Origin: Candidatus Latescibacterota bacterium
GTDB taxonomy: Bacteria; Latescibacterota; Latescibacteria; Latescibacterales; Latescibacteraceae
Direction: 5' to 3'
Assembly (NCBI GenBank): GCA_016927495.1
Contig: JAFGMP010000259.1
Location: 1 to 49,303 of the forward strand
DNA length: 49,303 nucleotides
Both the position numbers and the translations under genes were made by a program. Shown here in pieces: positions 1 to 10,201 of this stretch (the stretch's first letter is position 1; every line of letters begins with the position of its first letter). The notes beneath the pieces were generated by a model. The model searched no databases, was not told the DNA's origin, and worked only from the letters and a program-made list of their open reading frames with translations.

Positions 1-16
1 ATATAATATAATTAAT

Positions 17-1435
17 ATGATCTGGTACATTTTAAGAAGACAAACAATAAGATTATTTTTAAAAATGAAAGCTGTAGGAAAAAAATTAAAAGTTTTTAGA
101 TTAAATTACAGAATTTTTCGTAAAATTCTTAACCTTCCCATTACGATAAAATATTCATTAATAAAAACAGTATTCATATTTCATCCGTCAATTTTAAGTT
201 TTTTATGCAGAAATAGTTATATTATCAGAAAAAATTGGGCTCCCGCAAAAATTGTAAATAAAACTACTCCAAAAATTCTTCATGTAACGTGCAGTTTTGA
301 TTTGGGAGGCACTCAACGTCAAATATTGAATTTATGCAAAAACAGTGATAACAGGGACGTATATCACAGTACAATTGAAATTTTTCCAGAGTATAATTAT
401 TTGTACCGCAAAGGAATAAAGTTAGAAAGAAATAGATATGTTCGCGGGAATTATTTATTCAGATTTTTAGGCAGGTGGACATTAAACATTGCGTATCGGT
501 CACTTCAGGTAGTACAGATTTATAAACTTGTTCGTGATTTTCAAACCCTAAAACCAGATGTTGTTGTCGGCTGGGGGCATGAGGTGGCGATGTTAACTTT
601 TGTTGCTGCTACAGTTGTAAAAGTCCCTAAAATCTTATTCTGTATACGCACTGTTAATCCTTCATACGGATGGACTGGAATTGGTCCGCTTCTCTATAAA
701 GCCCATAAGAAAATGATCCCATATATTGATGGTGTTATTGTAAACAGCACTTTACTCCAACGCGATTATGCAGAATGGATGAATATTCCGGTTAATAAAG
801 TTCGAGTTTGTGCAAATGGTATTGAAACTCACCCATTGTCGCCGAAGGAAAGAAGTATCTCTCGAAAAAAAATAAGAAATCAATATAAAATTTATGAAGA
901 AGCAATAATAATAGTAAATATCGGGCGTTTTTCAAAAGAAAAAGGCCAGATAGTGATGGTTAAGGCTTTTGAAAAATTGATCAATTTATGGCCAGAGAAA
1001 AAATTATATTGTTTGCTGTGTGGGGATGGTCCAACACAAAATGAAATCAAAAGTTATGTCAAAAATAATAATGTTCACAATGTTATTTTCACAGGACGAA
1101 TTAGTGATATTCATTTATACTTAAGTGCTGTCGATATTTTTGTGATGCCTTCGGATTTCGAGGGTATGCCAAATGCTATGATGGAGGCGATGTCCTATGG
1201 TTTGCCCTGTGTGTCAACAAACAATTCTGGCGTATTGGACATAGCTCGAGATAATATTGAAGCTTTGTATGTTGATGTTGGATCGGTTGAACAAATGTTT
1301 GAAAAACTTTCATATTTAATCGAAAATCCAAATGAATGTAAGAGATTGGGATTAAAATCAGAAAAAAGGCTTAAAGAATTCTCCATTCAAAAAATGATTG
1401 ATACATTTAATAGACATTTGGAGGAGATTCTTTGA
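17..1435 (+). CDS. Glycosyltransferase, GT-B fold, family 4 (group 1) type
   Basis: 472-aa ORF. The C-terminal half has the GT4 signature region VMPSDFEGMPNAMMEAMSYGLPCVSTNNSG. The N-terminal Rossmann half starts at KILHVTCSFDLGGTQRQ. The first ~90 aa are Lys/Ile-rich and may not all be coding, with an alternative ATG at 65. The gene lies at the window edge. Confidence 0.8.
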   Translation: MIWYILRRQTIRLFLKMKAVGKKLKVFRLNYRIFRKILNLPITIKYSLIKTVFIFHPSILSFLCRNSYIIRKNWAPAKIVNKTTPKILHVTCSFDLGGTQRQILNLCKNSDNRDVYHSTIEIFPEYNYLYRKGIKLERNRYVRGNYLFRFLGRWTLNIAYRSLQVVQIYKLVRDFQTLKPDVVVGWGHEVAMLTFVAATVVKVPKILFCIRTVNPSYGWTGIGPLLYKAHKKMIPYIDGVIVNSTLLQRDYAEWMNIPVNKVRVCANGIETHPLSPKERSISRKKIRNQYKIYEEAIIIVNIGRFSKEKGQIVMVKAFEKLINLWPEKKLYCLLCGDGPTQNEIKSYVKNNNVHNVIFTGRISDIHLYLSAVDIFVMPSDFEGMPNAMMEAMSYGLPCVSTNNSGVLDIARDNIEALYVDVGSVEQMFEKLSYLIENPNECKRLGLKSEKRLKEFSIQKMIDTFNRHLEEIL

Positions 1436-1614
1436 CTTCAACACATTAAAAATGTTTGGTTAACATTAAGATAAAAATGGTTTTGAAAAAGAATTTTGTT
1501 TCAAAATGAAAATTATTTGTAAAAATTACCCCCAGTTATTTTATCCGGAAAAATTATTTCAGGAAGAGAGAATACGGTTTTTTAGAATCAAAAGTTGCAT
1601 TTTTACTTGATGAA

Positions 1615-2420
1615 GTGAGTGGCTTGCGAAGCCTGGTCAGGTATCTCGTTGCAGAAAAAATGGGTGATATGCCTGTTATGCAACAAACCAAAGACAGTTT
1701 CGAATTTCAGTGGGACCGGCTCCCCGAAGGATATCAGCTGTTGAGCAGCGATACCTGGAAAAGTGCCGTTATAGATACTATATGCAATTTTTCAGATTTT
1801 ACAGCAGAATGGTTTAAAGGTAAAAAGGTGATGGATGCAGGTTGTGGCCGAGGCCGGTGGACATATGGTTTTGGTAAGTTAGGTGTAGAAAGTTGCGTTT
1901 CTTTTGATATTTCAGATACAGGTGTAGCTGAAACAAATAAAGTAGCAGAAGAATTTGGTGAAAATTTCAAGGTTTACAAAAAAAACATTCTTGATGATTT
2001 GGGATTTTCTGAAGATTTCGACATTGTTTGGTGCTTTGGTGTACTGCATCATACCGGGAATACATATAAAGGTTTTAAAATCTGATAAAATATGTAAAAC
2101 CGGGTGGTTTTTTATTTTTAATGCTGTATGGCGAACCGAGGGCAAATGATTTGGGGGATTACAACTATTATCATGAAATATTCGATATGCGCTGTAAAAC
2201 CAAAAATTTACCCTTTGAGGAAAAAGTTAAAGTACTCGCACAAAAATATGATAAGGATCACTTACATGGATATTTTGATGCTATTTCTCCTGAAATTAAC
2301 GATCTCTATCGGTGGGATGAGATAGTCGGCTGGTTGATAAATGCAGGTTTCGAAAATATAAAACGCACATTACCCGATCATCCGAATCATCATATTATTG
2401 CGCGGAAAAAACTTACCTGA
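1615..2420 (+). pseudogene. Class I SAM-dependent methyltransferase interrupted by a single-base frameshift
   Basis: ORF 1615..2085 (frame 1) has motif I VMDAGCGRGRWTYGF and DIVWCFGVLHHTGN, then stops at 2083. Frame 3 is open from 2079 and reads NLIKYVKPGGFLFLMLYGEP..., the expected continuation of the fold, running to 2420. One extra A in the TTTTAAAA run (2073..2080) would give GFKNLIKYVKPGG and one protein of ~268 aa. Confidence 0.75.
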
Positions 2421-2432
2421 GAGGCTCGATTT

Positions 2433-4325
2433 ATGTGCGGAATTTTCGGAATGTGTTTGCTTGACGGCAAATCTTCAGATACTGTTACCGGACAGGTGAA
2501 AAAAGGTGTGGAGTTACTGCGTCACCGCGGGCCAGACGAATTCGGTATTGAAGCTCGTGAGAGTGTATGTTTTGGGCATGCACGATTATCGATTATCGAT
2601 CTCGAAGGCGGCCATCAACCTATGTGGGACATCACGAAAAAAGGCATGGTCTGTTATAACGGCGAGGTATATAATTTCAGAGAAATACGTCATGAACTCG
2701 AAAAGCTCGGATACAGGTTTGCCTCACGCTCCGATACGGAAGTTGTATTAAATGCCTATCTGGAATGGGGCGCCGAATGTGTTACTCGTTTCAGGGGGAT
2801 GTTTGCATTTGCTGTTTTTGATGTGAAAAAGAAAACGGTATTATTTGCTCGGGACCGTCTTGGTATAAAACCACTTTTCTATACTATTCATAATGGCTCT
2901 CTCTGTTTTTCCAGTGAACTCGAATCACTCTACCGTACAATCGGTCCCTTTGAGATGGACATTGAATCGCTCGATGATTACTTAAACTGGCAGTATATAC
3001 ATGCTCCGAAAACCATTTACAAGGATGTTCGTTCTCTACCGCCAGCTCACCTGCTTGAAATCGATCTTAACTCAGGAAAAATCAATGAAAAACGGTACTG
3101 GAATCTGAATTTCAGGGAAGACCGTACTCTTTCTGTCGATGATTGGCGCCATCTTTTAGATGAAAAAGTCAGAGAGGCTGTGGATATACGTCTGGTGAGC
3201 GATGTACCGTTCGGAGCATTCCTGAGCGGCGGTATCGATTCAAGTCTTGTGACCGGATATATGGCAGAAATAATGGAGCAGCCGGTCAAAACGTTCAGTA
3301 TCGGTTTCGAGGAAAGTGATTTTTCAGAACTGGATTATGCAAACAGGGTCGCTGAAATAAATCGGACGGAACACCATACCGAAATAGTTAAGGCCGAGTC
3401 ATTGAGCTTACTGCCCATGCTTGTTCGTCACTACGGCCAGCCGTTTGCCGATTCATCTGCTATCCCGACATACTATGTTTCACGGATGGCGCGGAAAAAT
3501 GTTAAAATGGTGTTAAGCGGTGATGGCGGTGATGAAAATTTTGCGGGCTATAACAGCTATGAAACGGTCATCAGAGAACTGTATCGTACATACAATGACC
3601 GTGCGCTGACAATGAAAAAACGTATACTTCGTCTGGGTTTCAACTATTTCTGGAAATTTAAGCAGTGGGCGCAACTTGGTGATCTGACCGACAAGGCATA
3701 TGAGCTTCATTGTTATACAGCACGTCATTTTTCACCTATTGAACGCAGAAATCTTTTCCGGCAGGAATATCGGAGTTATGTACGTGATTTTAATGACGAG
3801 CGGAGGGCGCTGATGAATATCGGGAGGCAGCCGCTGATCAGCAAGCTACAGAATCTTGATTTAATGGCATATCTGCCGTTTGATATTCTGACCAAAGTCG
3901 ATTGTGTTTCTATGGCAAATTCTCTGGAGGTACGAGTACCACTTCTCGACCATATTTTAGTAGAAACCGCTGCAACAATGCCCTCGGAATATAAATTTAA
4001 AAAAGAGATAATTGACGGTACAGTAAACTATGATAAAAAATTCATTTTGAAACAATTGGCTTTGCAGCGATATCCTTCCGATATTATCTACCGGCCAAAA
4101 ATGGGATTTGGAGTACCTCTTGGAATCTGGTTTGCGACAACTTTGCAACAACAAATCAGAGAAAAATTGCTTAAGTCCGAATTTCTTCCCTGTCTTTTTT
4201 CAATGAAACATATCGAAAAAATCGTAGATATGCACTCTGAAACCGCCGACTTTTCGACCAAACTCTGGAATTTACTTTTTCTTGAGGAATGGATGAGCAG
4301 CCATCATGACTCCTTTCCATCTTAA
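2433..4325 (+). CDS. asnB: Asparagine synthase (glutamine-hydrolysing) family amidotransferase
   Basis: 630 aa. N-terminal MCGIFG (Cys2 Ntn glutaminase), HRGPD, and the synthetase PP-loop FLSGGIDSS. Length and domain order are typical of AsnB. The context suggests a glycan-modifying paralogue. Confidence 0.93.
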   Translation: MCGIFGMCLLDGKSSDTVTGQVKKGVELLRHRGPDEFGIEARESVCFGHARLSIIDLEGGHQPMWDITKKGMVCYNGEVYNFREIRHELEKLGYRFASRSDTEVVLNAYLEWGAECVTRFRGMFAFAVFDVKKKTVLFARDRLGIKPLFYTIHNGSLCFSSELESLYRTIGPFEMDIESLDDYLNWQYIHAPKTIYKDVRSLPPAHLLEIDLNSGKINEKRYWNLNFREDRTLSVDDWRHLLDEKVREAVDIRLVSDVPFGAFLSGGIDSSLVTGYMAEIMEQPVKTFSIGFEESDFSELDYANRVAEINRTEHHTEIVKAESLSLLPMLVRHYGQPFADSSAIPTYYVSRMARKNVKMVLSGDGGDENFAGYNSYETVIRELYRTYNDRALTMKKRILRLGFNYFWKFKQWAQLGDLTDKAYELHCYTARHFSPIERRNLFRQEYRSYVRDFNDERRALMNIGRQPLISKLQNLDLMAYLPFDILTKVDCVSMANSLEVRVPLLDHILVETAATMPSEYKFKKEIIDGTVNYDKKFILKQLALQRYPSDIIYRPKMGFGVPLGIWFATTLQQQIREKLLKSEFLPCLFSMKHIEKIVDMHSETADFSTKLWNLLFLEEWMSSHHDSFPS

Positions 4326-5520
4326 AACATTTATCAATCGTTTCCCGGTTTTAAAAAATACGGCACGGTTTTTCTTTAAATTATACGAGAACTCAGTCTG
4401 GAATCTTTTCACTCTGTATTTTAAACTGTATGGCAGACATCGATTTTTTACGGCTGATAAACCTAAAGAAGTACGGTCTGTTTTGCATGTTTCGGTTCTG
4501 AGCCACAAACCATATATGCTCTCACTGTTGATGCGGCAAAAAGGATTGAAATCAGAATATATGGCGGTACATGCGGAATCAGGCTGGCTGCAGGTTGGTG
4601 ATAAGGGATATGATTATAATATTCCATGGAATATGTCAGGTTTGATATTTCGTCCTTTCATTACGCTCCATTTTTTCTGGAACATCATGCGTCGCTATGA
4701 TGTGATTCATTATCATTTTGCTTCTTTTCTCACTTATGATGGCCGTGAACTTTTTTATCTGAAATTGATGGGTAAAGTGATTGTCGTTCATTTTCGCGGT
4801 TGTGATTTACGGCAAAAGAGTGAGAATAATATGAAAAATCCCGAATTGAACTGCTGCCAGGAATGTGAATATCCCAACGGCAGTTGTGAAAATGAGGATC
4901 AGATGCTACGAATACGACTGGCACGAAAATATGCCGATCTGTTATTTGTCACGACGCCGGATCTGCTTGATTTCCTACCTGAAGCCGAGCATATACCGTT
5001 TATTATGCCGTTTGGTGTTGACATCAATAATATAGAGCCTGCTCCCCGAACTCCCGGTACTTTTCGTGTTGTTACCAGTTCAAACCATGACAGTGTCGAT
5101 GGTACGAAATATATCAGAAATGCCGTAAAACGCCTTCAACGTGAAGGCAGATCAATTGAACTTATCGAGGTACATAATACGCCCTATGAAAAAGCTTTGT
5201 CGATTTACAAGAGCGCTGATATATATGCAGGGAAACTATTGATGGGCTATTATAACAATGCCAATATCGAATGCATGATGATGGGTGTTCCTTGTTTGAG
5301 TTACATAAGAGATGAATTTTTTGATCGTATTCCGGATTGTCCTATAATTATAACTCGTCCCGAAACTGTTTATCAAAAATTATGTGAATATATGGATAAA
5401 CCTGAAGATTTGCAGACAGCAGCCAATAAAGGAATAGCCTTTGTAAAAAAATATCACGATCCTGATATAATTCTCCGCCATCTTATAAAAAGATATAATG
5501 AAGTACTCCAATCTTTCTGA
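4306..5520 (+). CDS. Hypothetical protein, possibly a GT-B-like glycosyltransferase
   Basis: 404-aa ORF overlapping the asnB stop by 20 nt. The C-terminal segment YKSADIYAGKLLMGYYNNANIECMMMGVPCLSYI resembles the GT1/GT4 C-terminal nucleotide-sugar region. It has an unusual Cys cluster, NCCQECEYPNGSC. I recognise no confident family. Confidence 0.4.
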   Translation: MTPFHLKTFINRFPVLKNTARFFFKLYENSVWNLFTLYFKLYGRHRFFTADKPKEVRSVLHVSVLSHKPYMLSLLMRQKGLKSEYMAVHAESGWLQVGDKGYDYNIPWNMSGLIFRPFITLHFFWNIMRRYDVIHYHFASFLTYDGRELFYLKLMGKVIVVHFRGCDLRQKSENNMKNPELNCCQECEYPNGSCENEDQMLRIRLARKYADLLFVTTPDLLDFLPEAEHIPFIMPFGVDINNIEPAPRTPGTFRVVTSSNHDSVDGTKYIRNAVKRLQREGRSIELIEVHNTPYEKALSIYKSADIYAGKLLMGYYNNANIECMMMGVPCLSYIRDEFFDRIPDCPIIITRPETVYQKLCEYMDKPEDLQTAANKGIAFVKKYHDPDIILRHLIKRYNEVLQSF

Positions 5521-5696
5521 AATACACACAAATATTGACTTTTAAAAAAAATAAGTTATTATTTTTAATAAAATAGGCTCACTTTAACCTTTATCCTTTT
5601 CATTTTCAGCTTAAGAAGAAAAATACATACATCACAAAGCAAAACCGGGCAGTCAATTGAATTCTGAGATTTTAAATCCGGAGAAACTGTTTCGCT

Positions 5697-8600
5697 ATGG
5701 ATATAAACAGTCTGCTTCAGTTCATACGACAAAATCCTCTTTTTTCGATCTACAGCGACGAAGAAATGTCCAGCCTGCTCGAAACCGCGGAACTTGAATC
5801 TGTCAGTGCAGGCCAGCTTGTCTTTGAGCAGGGCGATGTTGGCGATACCTTTTACATTGTATACAGCGGTAAAATAAGGATACTTCACAAAGACGAAAAT
5901 CAAAAGGAAGTTAACCTCGGTGTTATATCAAAGGGTGATCATTTTGGTGAAACTGCCCTAATAACCGACCATCCGAGAAATGCGGCCGCACGGGCTGTTG
6001 ATGACAGCGTGCTATTATCCATCCATAAAGATTCATTCTATAAATACCTCCTCCATAGTTCAAAACAGAGAGAATATTTCGACAAATTTATTAGATTCAC
6101 CTCGGTTCACCGATTTTTAAAATCCTGCACCGATCTTTCGGCTGTCCCGGTTAAAGAACTGAAAGAACTCATTGATAATTTCAAACCTGAATTTTTCAGT
6201 GAGGGGGAGGCTGTATTCCGGCAGGATACTATACCGGACAAATTTTATTTAATCGAACGTGGCAAGATTAAAGTTGTACGGTGGGAAGAAGCAAAACCGG
6301 AAATAATTAATTTTTTGCACGAAGGTGATTTTTTCGGAGAAAAAGCGCTTTTTGAAGAAACCGTCCGTTATGCTGATATTATCTGTCTGACCGATTGCCA
6401 CCTTTTCTCCATAAGTCGCGAAGCATTTAACGAGTTTATTATCAGATCCCCTAAGCTGAAAAAAGTGATTGAGGACAGAATTCAATCCTACAGTACCGAA
6501 AAACCTCCGATTCCTTATCATGAAATGATAAAACAGGAACTTGCCGGTCTGAAGGACATAAAAGCTGAAAAGAAACTCCCTGATGAGGATTTGGAGCCGA
6601 CTGTTGAAGATAAAAACCGCTTAAAGAAACTGACTTCGTATTATCATCAGCACATTCGTTTTCCCTTTATAATGCAGCACGATGAAATGACTTGCGGCAC
6701 CACATGTATCATGATGATCGCAAAATTTTACGGCAAAAATTTCTCATCGAGCAGACTTCGGGAACTTGCGCATGTGGATATCAGCGGTTCATCGCTGGCA
6801 AATCTTGCATCAGCGGCTGAACAACTCGGATTTGCAACACGAGGTTTGAAAATTGATTACGATACCCTTATATCCGCCCATCACCCGTGCATCATTCACT
6901 GGCAGGGGTATCACTATGTCGTCATTTACAAAATTACAGACAGTAATGTTTGGGTATCCGATCCGGCTTTGGGGCTGAGAAAATACACAAGAGACTATTT
7001 CAACAACAACTGGAATGGTATCACACTTACTCTTGAACCGACTCCGGAATTTGAAACAAAAAATGAAGACAAATCTTCGCTTAAAAATTTCATGCAATTT
7101 ATTCTGCCTTACAAACAATTGCTCCTTGAAATTTTTGCCGCTTCCCTTTTACTGAACGTTTTCGGACTGGCAACACCTATTTTTACCCAGAATGTGATCG
7201 ATAAGGTTATTGCACACAGTAATGTGACAATGCTCAACATCATGATCATCGGGATGATCATCGTCCTTATATTCCGGATTTTGGTGAGTATCATTCGTCA
7301 GTATCTGATCGTACATACAAGTATGAAAATCGATTTGAGAATGCTCGTCACATTTTACAAGCATATGCTTGCATTACCATTAGGATATTTTAAAGTCAGA
7401 AAAATAGGCGACTTCATATCCCGGTTCGGTGAGAATTTGAAAATACGCAATTTTATGACCAATATTGCCCTTACACTTATCCTCGATACGATTTTAATTA
7501 TTGTGTATCTGTCGCTGATGTTTTATTACAATGCCCATATGACTGGTCTTGTGTTGTTATTCTTACCGTTATTCATCGGAATTACCATTGGATTTTCACC
7601 GATTCTCAAACGGTTTAATATTGACTCTTTTGCTGCAAATGTCGAATCAAGGTCTCATTTGATCGAATCTATGAATGCAATCGATACTGTCAAAGCCATG
7701 AATATCGAGTATCCGATCCGCTGGAAGTGGGAGGATAAGTTCATAAAAAGTCTGAATATTGATTTTAAACTGAACATGGCTACGATGTATTTCAACTCAT
7801 TCGGTGATTTTGTGGGTACTATAAGCTCAACAATTATTCTCTGGTTTGGTGCGCTCAAAGTGATGCAGGGTGTGCTTAGTGTCGGTGAACTCATGGCATT
7901 TATGTCGTTGATGGGAAGCGTAATATCACCGATAAACAGGATTATTATGGCGTGGGACGATGTACAACAGACTCTTGTATCGGTTGACAGATTGAATGAT
8001 GTGTTTACTGCAAAAGCGGAATTTCCCGAAACAATGGATGATGAAACAGGATTGGTATTTAAAGAGCCTCGTGGTGAAATTGCATTCGATGAGGTATATT
8101 TTCGTTATGGTGGTGAAGATGAGGCTTATATTCTGTCAAATATTACATTTAAAATCGCTCCGGGTCAGAAAATCGCAATAGTCGGCAGAAGCGGATCCGG
8201 CAAATCAACACTGGTGAGGCTTCTTGCGCGGTTCTACGATGTGACAGAGGGTAAAATTACGATTGATAATTTCAGTATTAATAATATAAACCTCGCGAGC
8301 CTGCGTAAAATTGTCGGCTTTGTTCTTCAGGAGAGTTTTCTGTTTAACGGAACTATCCGTGAGAATATATCGCTGGGTGACCCGGAAGAATCGTTGGAAA
8401 AAGTAATAGAGGCAGCAAAAATGGCAAATTCTCACGAATTTATATCGAATCTCGCACTCGGCTACGAAACTAAAGTCGGAGAAAGCGGACTTCAGCTTTC
8501 CGGTGGCCAGAAACAGAGAATTGCCATTGCCCGTGTGCTCTATTCCAAACCGAGGATCATAGTTCTTGATGAGGCAACAAGTTCACTCGATACAGAGTCC

Positions 8601-8804
8601 GAAAGAGCTATTCAGAAAAATATGCAGGCAATTCTTGCAGACAAAACGGCAATAATAATTGCTCATAGATTGAGTACGGTTCGAAATGCGGATAAAATTA
8701 TTGTTCTCGATGACGGTGAGATAGTTGAAATGGGAACTCACGAGGAATTGATGGACAAACATGGCCTGTACCATTACCTGAACCATCAACAATTAAATTT
8801 ATAA
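5697..8804 (+). CDS. Peptidase-containing ABC exporter (PCAT) with two N-terminal cyclic-nucleotide-binding domains
   Basis: 1035 aa. Two CAP/Crp-type cNMP domains (GDHFGETALITDHPRNAAARA and GDFFGEKALFEETVRYADIIC). C39 peptidase domain with Cys333 (QHDEMTCGTTC, nt 6693..6695) and His406 (GYHYVVIY). Six-helix exporter TMD. NBD with Walker A GRSGSGKST, signature LSGGQKQR and Walker B IIVLDEATS. Confidence 0.9.
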   Translation: MDINSLLQFIRQNPLFSIYSDEEMSSLLETAELESVSAGQLVFEQGDVGDTFYIVYSGKIRILHKDENQKEVNLGVISKGDHFGETALITDHPRNAAARAVDDSVLLSIHKDSFYKYLLHSSKQREYFDKFIRFTSVHRFLKSCTDLSAVPVKELKELIDNFKPEFFSEGEAVFRQDTIPDKFYLIERGKIKVVRWEEAKPEIINFLHEGDFFGEKALFEETVRYADIICLTDCHLFSISREAFNEFIIRSPKLKKVIEDRIQSYSTEKPPIPYHEMIKQELAGLKDIKAEKKLPDEDLEPTVEDKNRLKKLTSYYHQHIRFPFIMQHDEMTCGTTCIMMIAKFYGKNFSSSRLRELAHVDISGSSLANLASAAEQLGFATRGLKIDYDTLISAHHPCIIHWQGYHYVVIYKITDSNVWVSDPALGLRKYTRDYFNNNWNGITLTLEPTPEFETKNEDKSSLKNFMQFILPYKQLLLEIFAASLLLNVFGLATPIFTQNVIDKVIAHSNVTMLNIMIIGMIIVLIFRILVSIIRQYLIVHTSMKIDLRMLVTFYKHMLALPLGYFKVRKIGDFISRFGENLKIRNFMTNIALTLILDTILIIVYLSLMFYYNAHMTGLVLLFLPLFIGITIGFSPILKRFNIDSFAANVESRSHLIESMNAIDTVKAMNIEYPIRWKWEDKFIKSLNIDFKLNMATMYFNSFGDFVGTISSTIILWFGALKVMQGVLSVGELMAFMSLMGSVISPINRIIMAWDDVQQTLVSVDRLNDVFTAKAEFPETMDDETGLVFKEPRGEIAFDEVYFRYGGEDEAYILSNITFKIAPGQKIAIVGRSGSGKSTLVRLLARFYDVTEGKITIDNFSINNINLASLRKIVGFVLQESFLFNGTIRENISLGDPEESLEKVIEAAKMANSHEFISNLALGYETKVGESGLQLSGGQKQRIAIARVLYSKPRIIVLDEATSSLDTESERAIQKNMQAILADKTAIIIAHRLSTVRNADKIIVLDDGEIVEMGTHEELMDKHGLYHYLNHQQLNL

Positions 8805-8813
8805 GAATCACAT

Positions 8814-10175
8814 GTGAACTGCATGGAAAAAAATAACAAACATATTCCTCCGGATGAAAAACAAGGGATAATAACCGTAACACCGATTGATTCACCTTCC
8901 GGTAATTATCTTGTGGAAGAGCATTTACAGAGAATGCCGAATATCTTTGCGCGAGGCCTGTTTTATATAATCATTCTGCTCTTGGTGGTAACACTTATAT
9001 ATACTTATCTGGCAAAAGTCGATGTTGTGGCGGAATGCAGATCCGTTGTCCGGCCTGCCTCGCATATAATAAGGATTCTTTCGGACAGAAACGGGTATAT
9101 TGAACGGGTGTATGTTGCTGAAGGAGAATATATAAAAAAAGGAATGCCGTTATTTTATATCCGTTCCAAAGAGGCAGTGGGATATACCTCAAAAGTGGAC
9201 GAACTGCTGCGTACCATACCGCTTCAGGAACAGTATTTCGATATGCAGATATCGGTCGTCAAAGATCGTTTGAAGCAGCGTGAAAATCAGAACCGGAATA
9301 CACTCAAAATACTGCGCCTTAAATTGGATCAGAACCGGCTTTCTTTTGAATCGATAGAATCGGATATCGAATATTGGGAAAATCAGGTCAAAATACTGGC
9401 CGGTGAGGCTGAACGTACAAAAAACGGTGTGTCAAAGGGATATATGTCGGTTACGCAATATAATGAAATGATAAGCGAACTTGGGAGAGCGAAAACCGAT
9501 GTAAAAAAATTACAGTCCGAAAAAGAAATAAGTCTTAAAGAAAAAACAATCATAGAAGAGGAAATTGCAAAAGAAATATCGGATTATGAGAATGAAAAAG
9601 CTATTCTTGAAAAGGAAATCAACAATCTCGAATTGCAAAAAGGAACAATGTTACATTCGATGCGAAGCGAACTCGGCATGAATAAAAAAATGTTGACTCT
9701 GAATAATGAGGTATCTGATAGTAATACAGATAATGAAGAAAAAGGAAATATTATCCGTGCGGAAAAATCCGGCGCTGTTTCTGAACTGTATTTTAGAAAC
9801 AGGGGAGAATATGTGTTAATGTCTGATTTGCTTTGCACTATAGTGCCTGAAGACAGCCCTCTGTATATGGATGTAGTTGTCGCAAATAAAGATATAGGAT
9901 TTATTGAAAAAGACATGCAAATAAAATATAAGTTCGATGCTTTCCCATATACAGATTATGGAATTGTTCGGGGTAATGTGGTCACCGTATCACCTTCAGC
10001 GGTTGAAGATCAAACGAAAGAGTTTGTGTATCATGTTCATGGATCGCTTGACCAACAATCTTTTAAAATTAAAGACAAACAATATCCGATAAAGGCAGGA
10101 ATGACTGCTACTGCCGAATTGGTTAAGGAAAGGAAAAATATTCTTTCGATATTGATTGGAAAATTAAAAAAATAG
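8814..10175 (+). CDS. HlyD-family periplasmic adaptor (membrane fusion protein)
   Basis: 453 aa. It has one N-terminal TM helix (LFYIIILLLVVTLIYTYLA), a long Lys/Glu-rich coiled-coil middle and a C-terminal beta-barrel segment (PIKAGMTATAELV). It starts 10 nt after the ABC exporter stop. Confidence 0.85.
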   Translation: MNCMEKNNKHIPPDEKQGIITVTPIDSPSGNYLVEEHLQRMPNIFARGLFYIIILLLVVTLIYTYLAKVDVVAECRSVVRPASHIIRILSDRNGYIERVYVAEGEYIKKGMPLFYIRSKEAVGYTSKVDELLRTIPLQEQYFDMQISVVKDRLKQRENQNRNTLKILRLKLDQNRLSFESIESDIEYWENQVKILAGEAERTKNGVSKGYMSVTQYNEMISELGRAKTDVKKLQSEKEISLKEKTIIEEEIAKEISDYENEKAILEKEINNLELQKGTMLHSMRSELGMNKKMLTLNNEVSDSNTDNEEKGNIIRAEKSGAVSELYFRNRGEYVLMSDLLCTIVPEDSPLYMDVVVANKDIGFIEKDMQIKYKFDAFPYTDYGIVRGNVVTVSPSAVEDQTKEFVYHVHGSLDQQSFKIKDKQYPIKAGMTATAELVKERKNILSILIGKLKK

Positions 10176-10201
10176 AGGCGTTATGAATAGGGGAAAAAAA
10201 T

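Noticed and set aside
2073-2111. Programmed -1 ribosomal frameshift at TTTTAAAA, with the small hairpin AAAACC-gggt-GGTTTT at 2096..2111
   Set aside because: In the zero frame (GGT TTT AAA ATC) the sequence is not an X XXY YYZ heptamer, because AAA would re-pair on TAA. The hairpin is only 6 bp, mostly A:U, and lies 15 nt away. The runs are too short for transcriptional slippage. An indel or assembly error is the simpler explanation.
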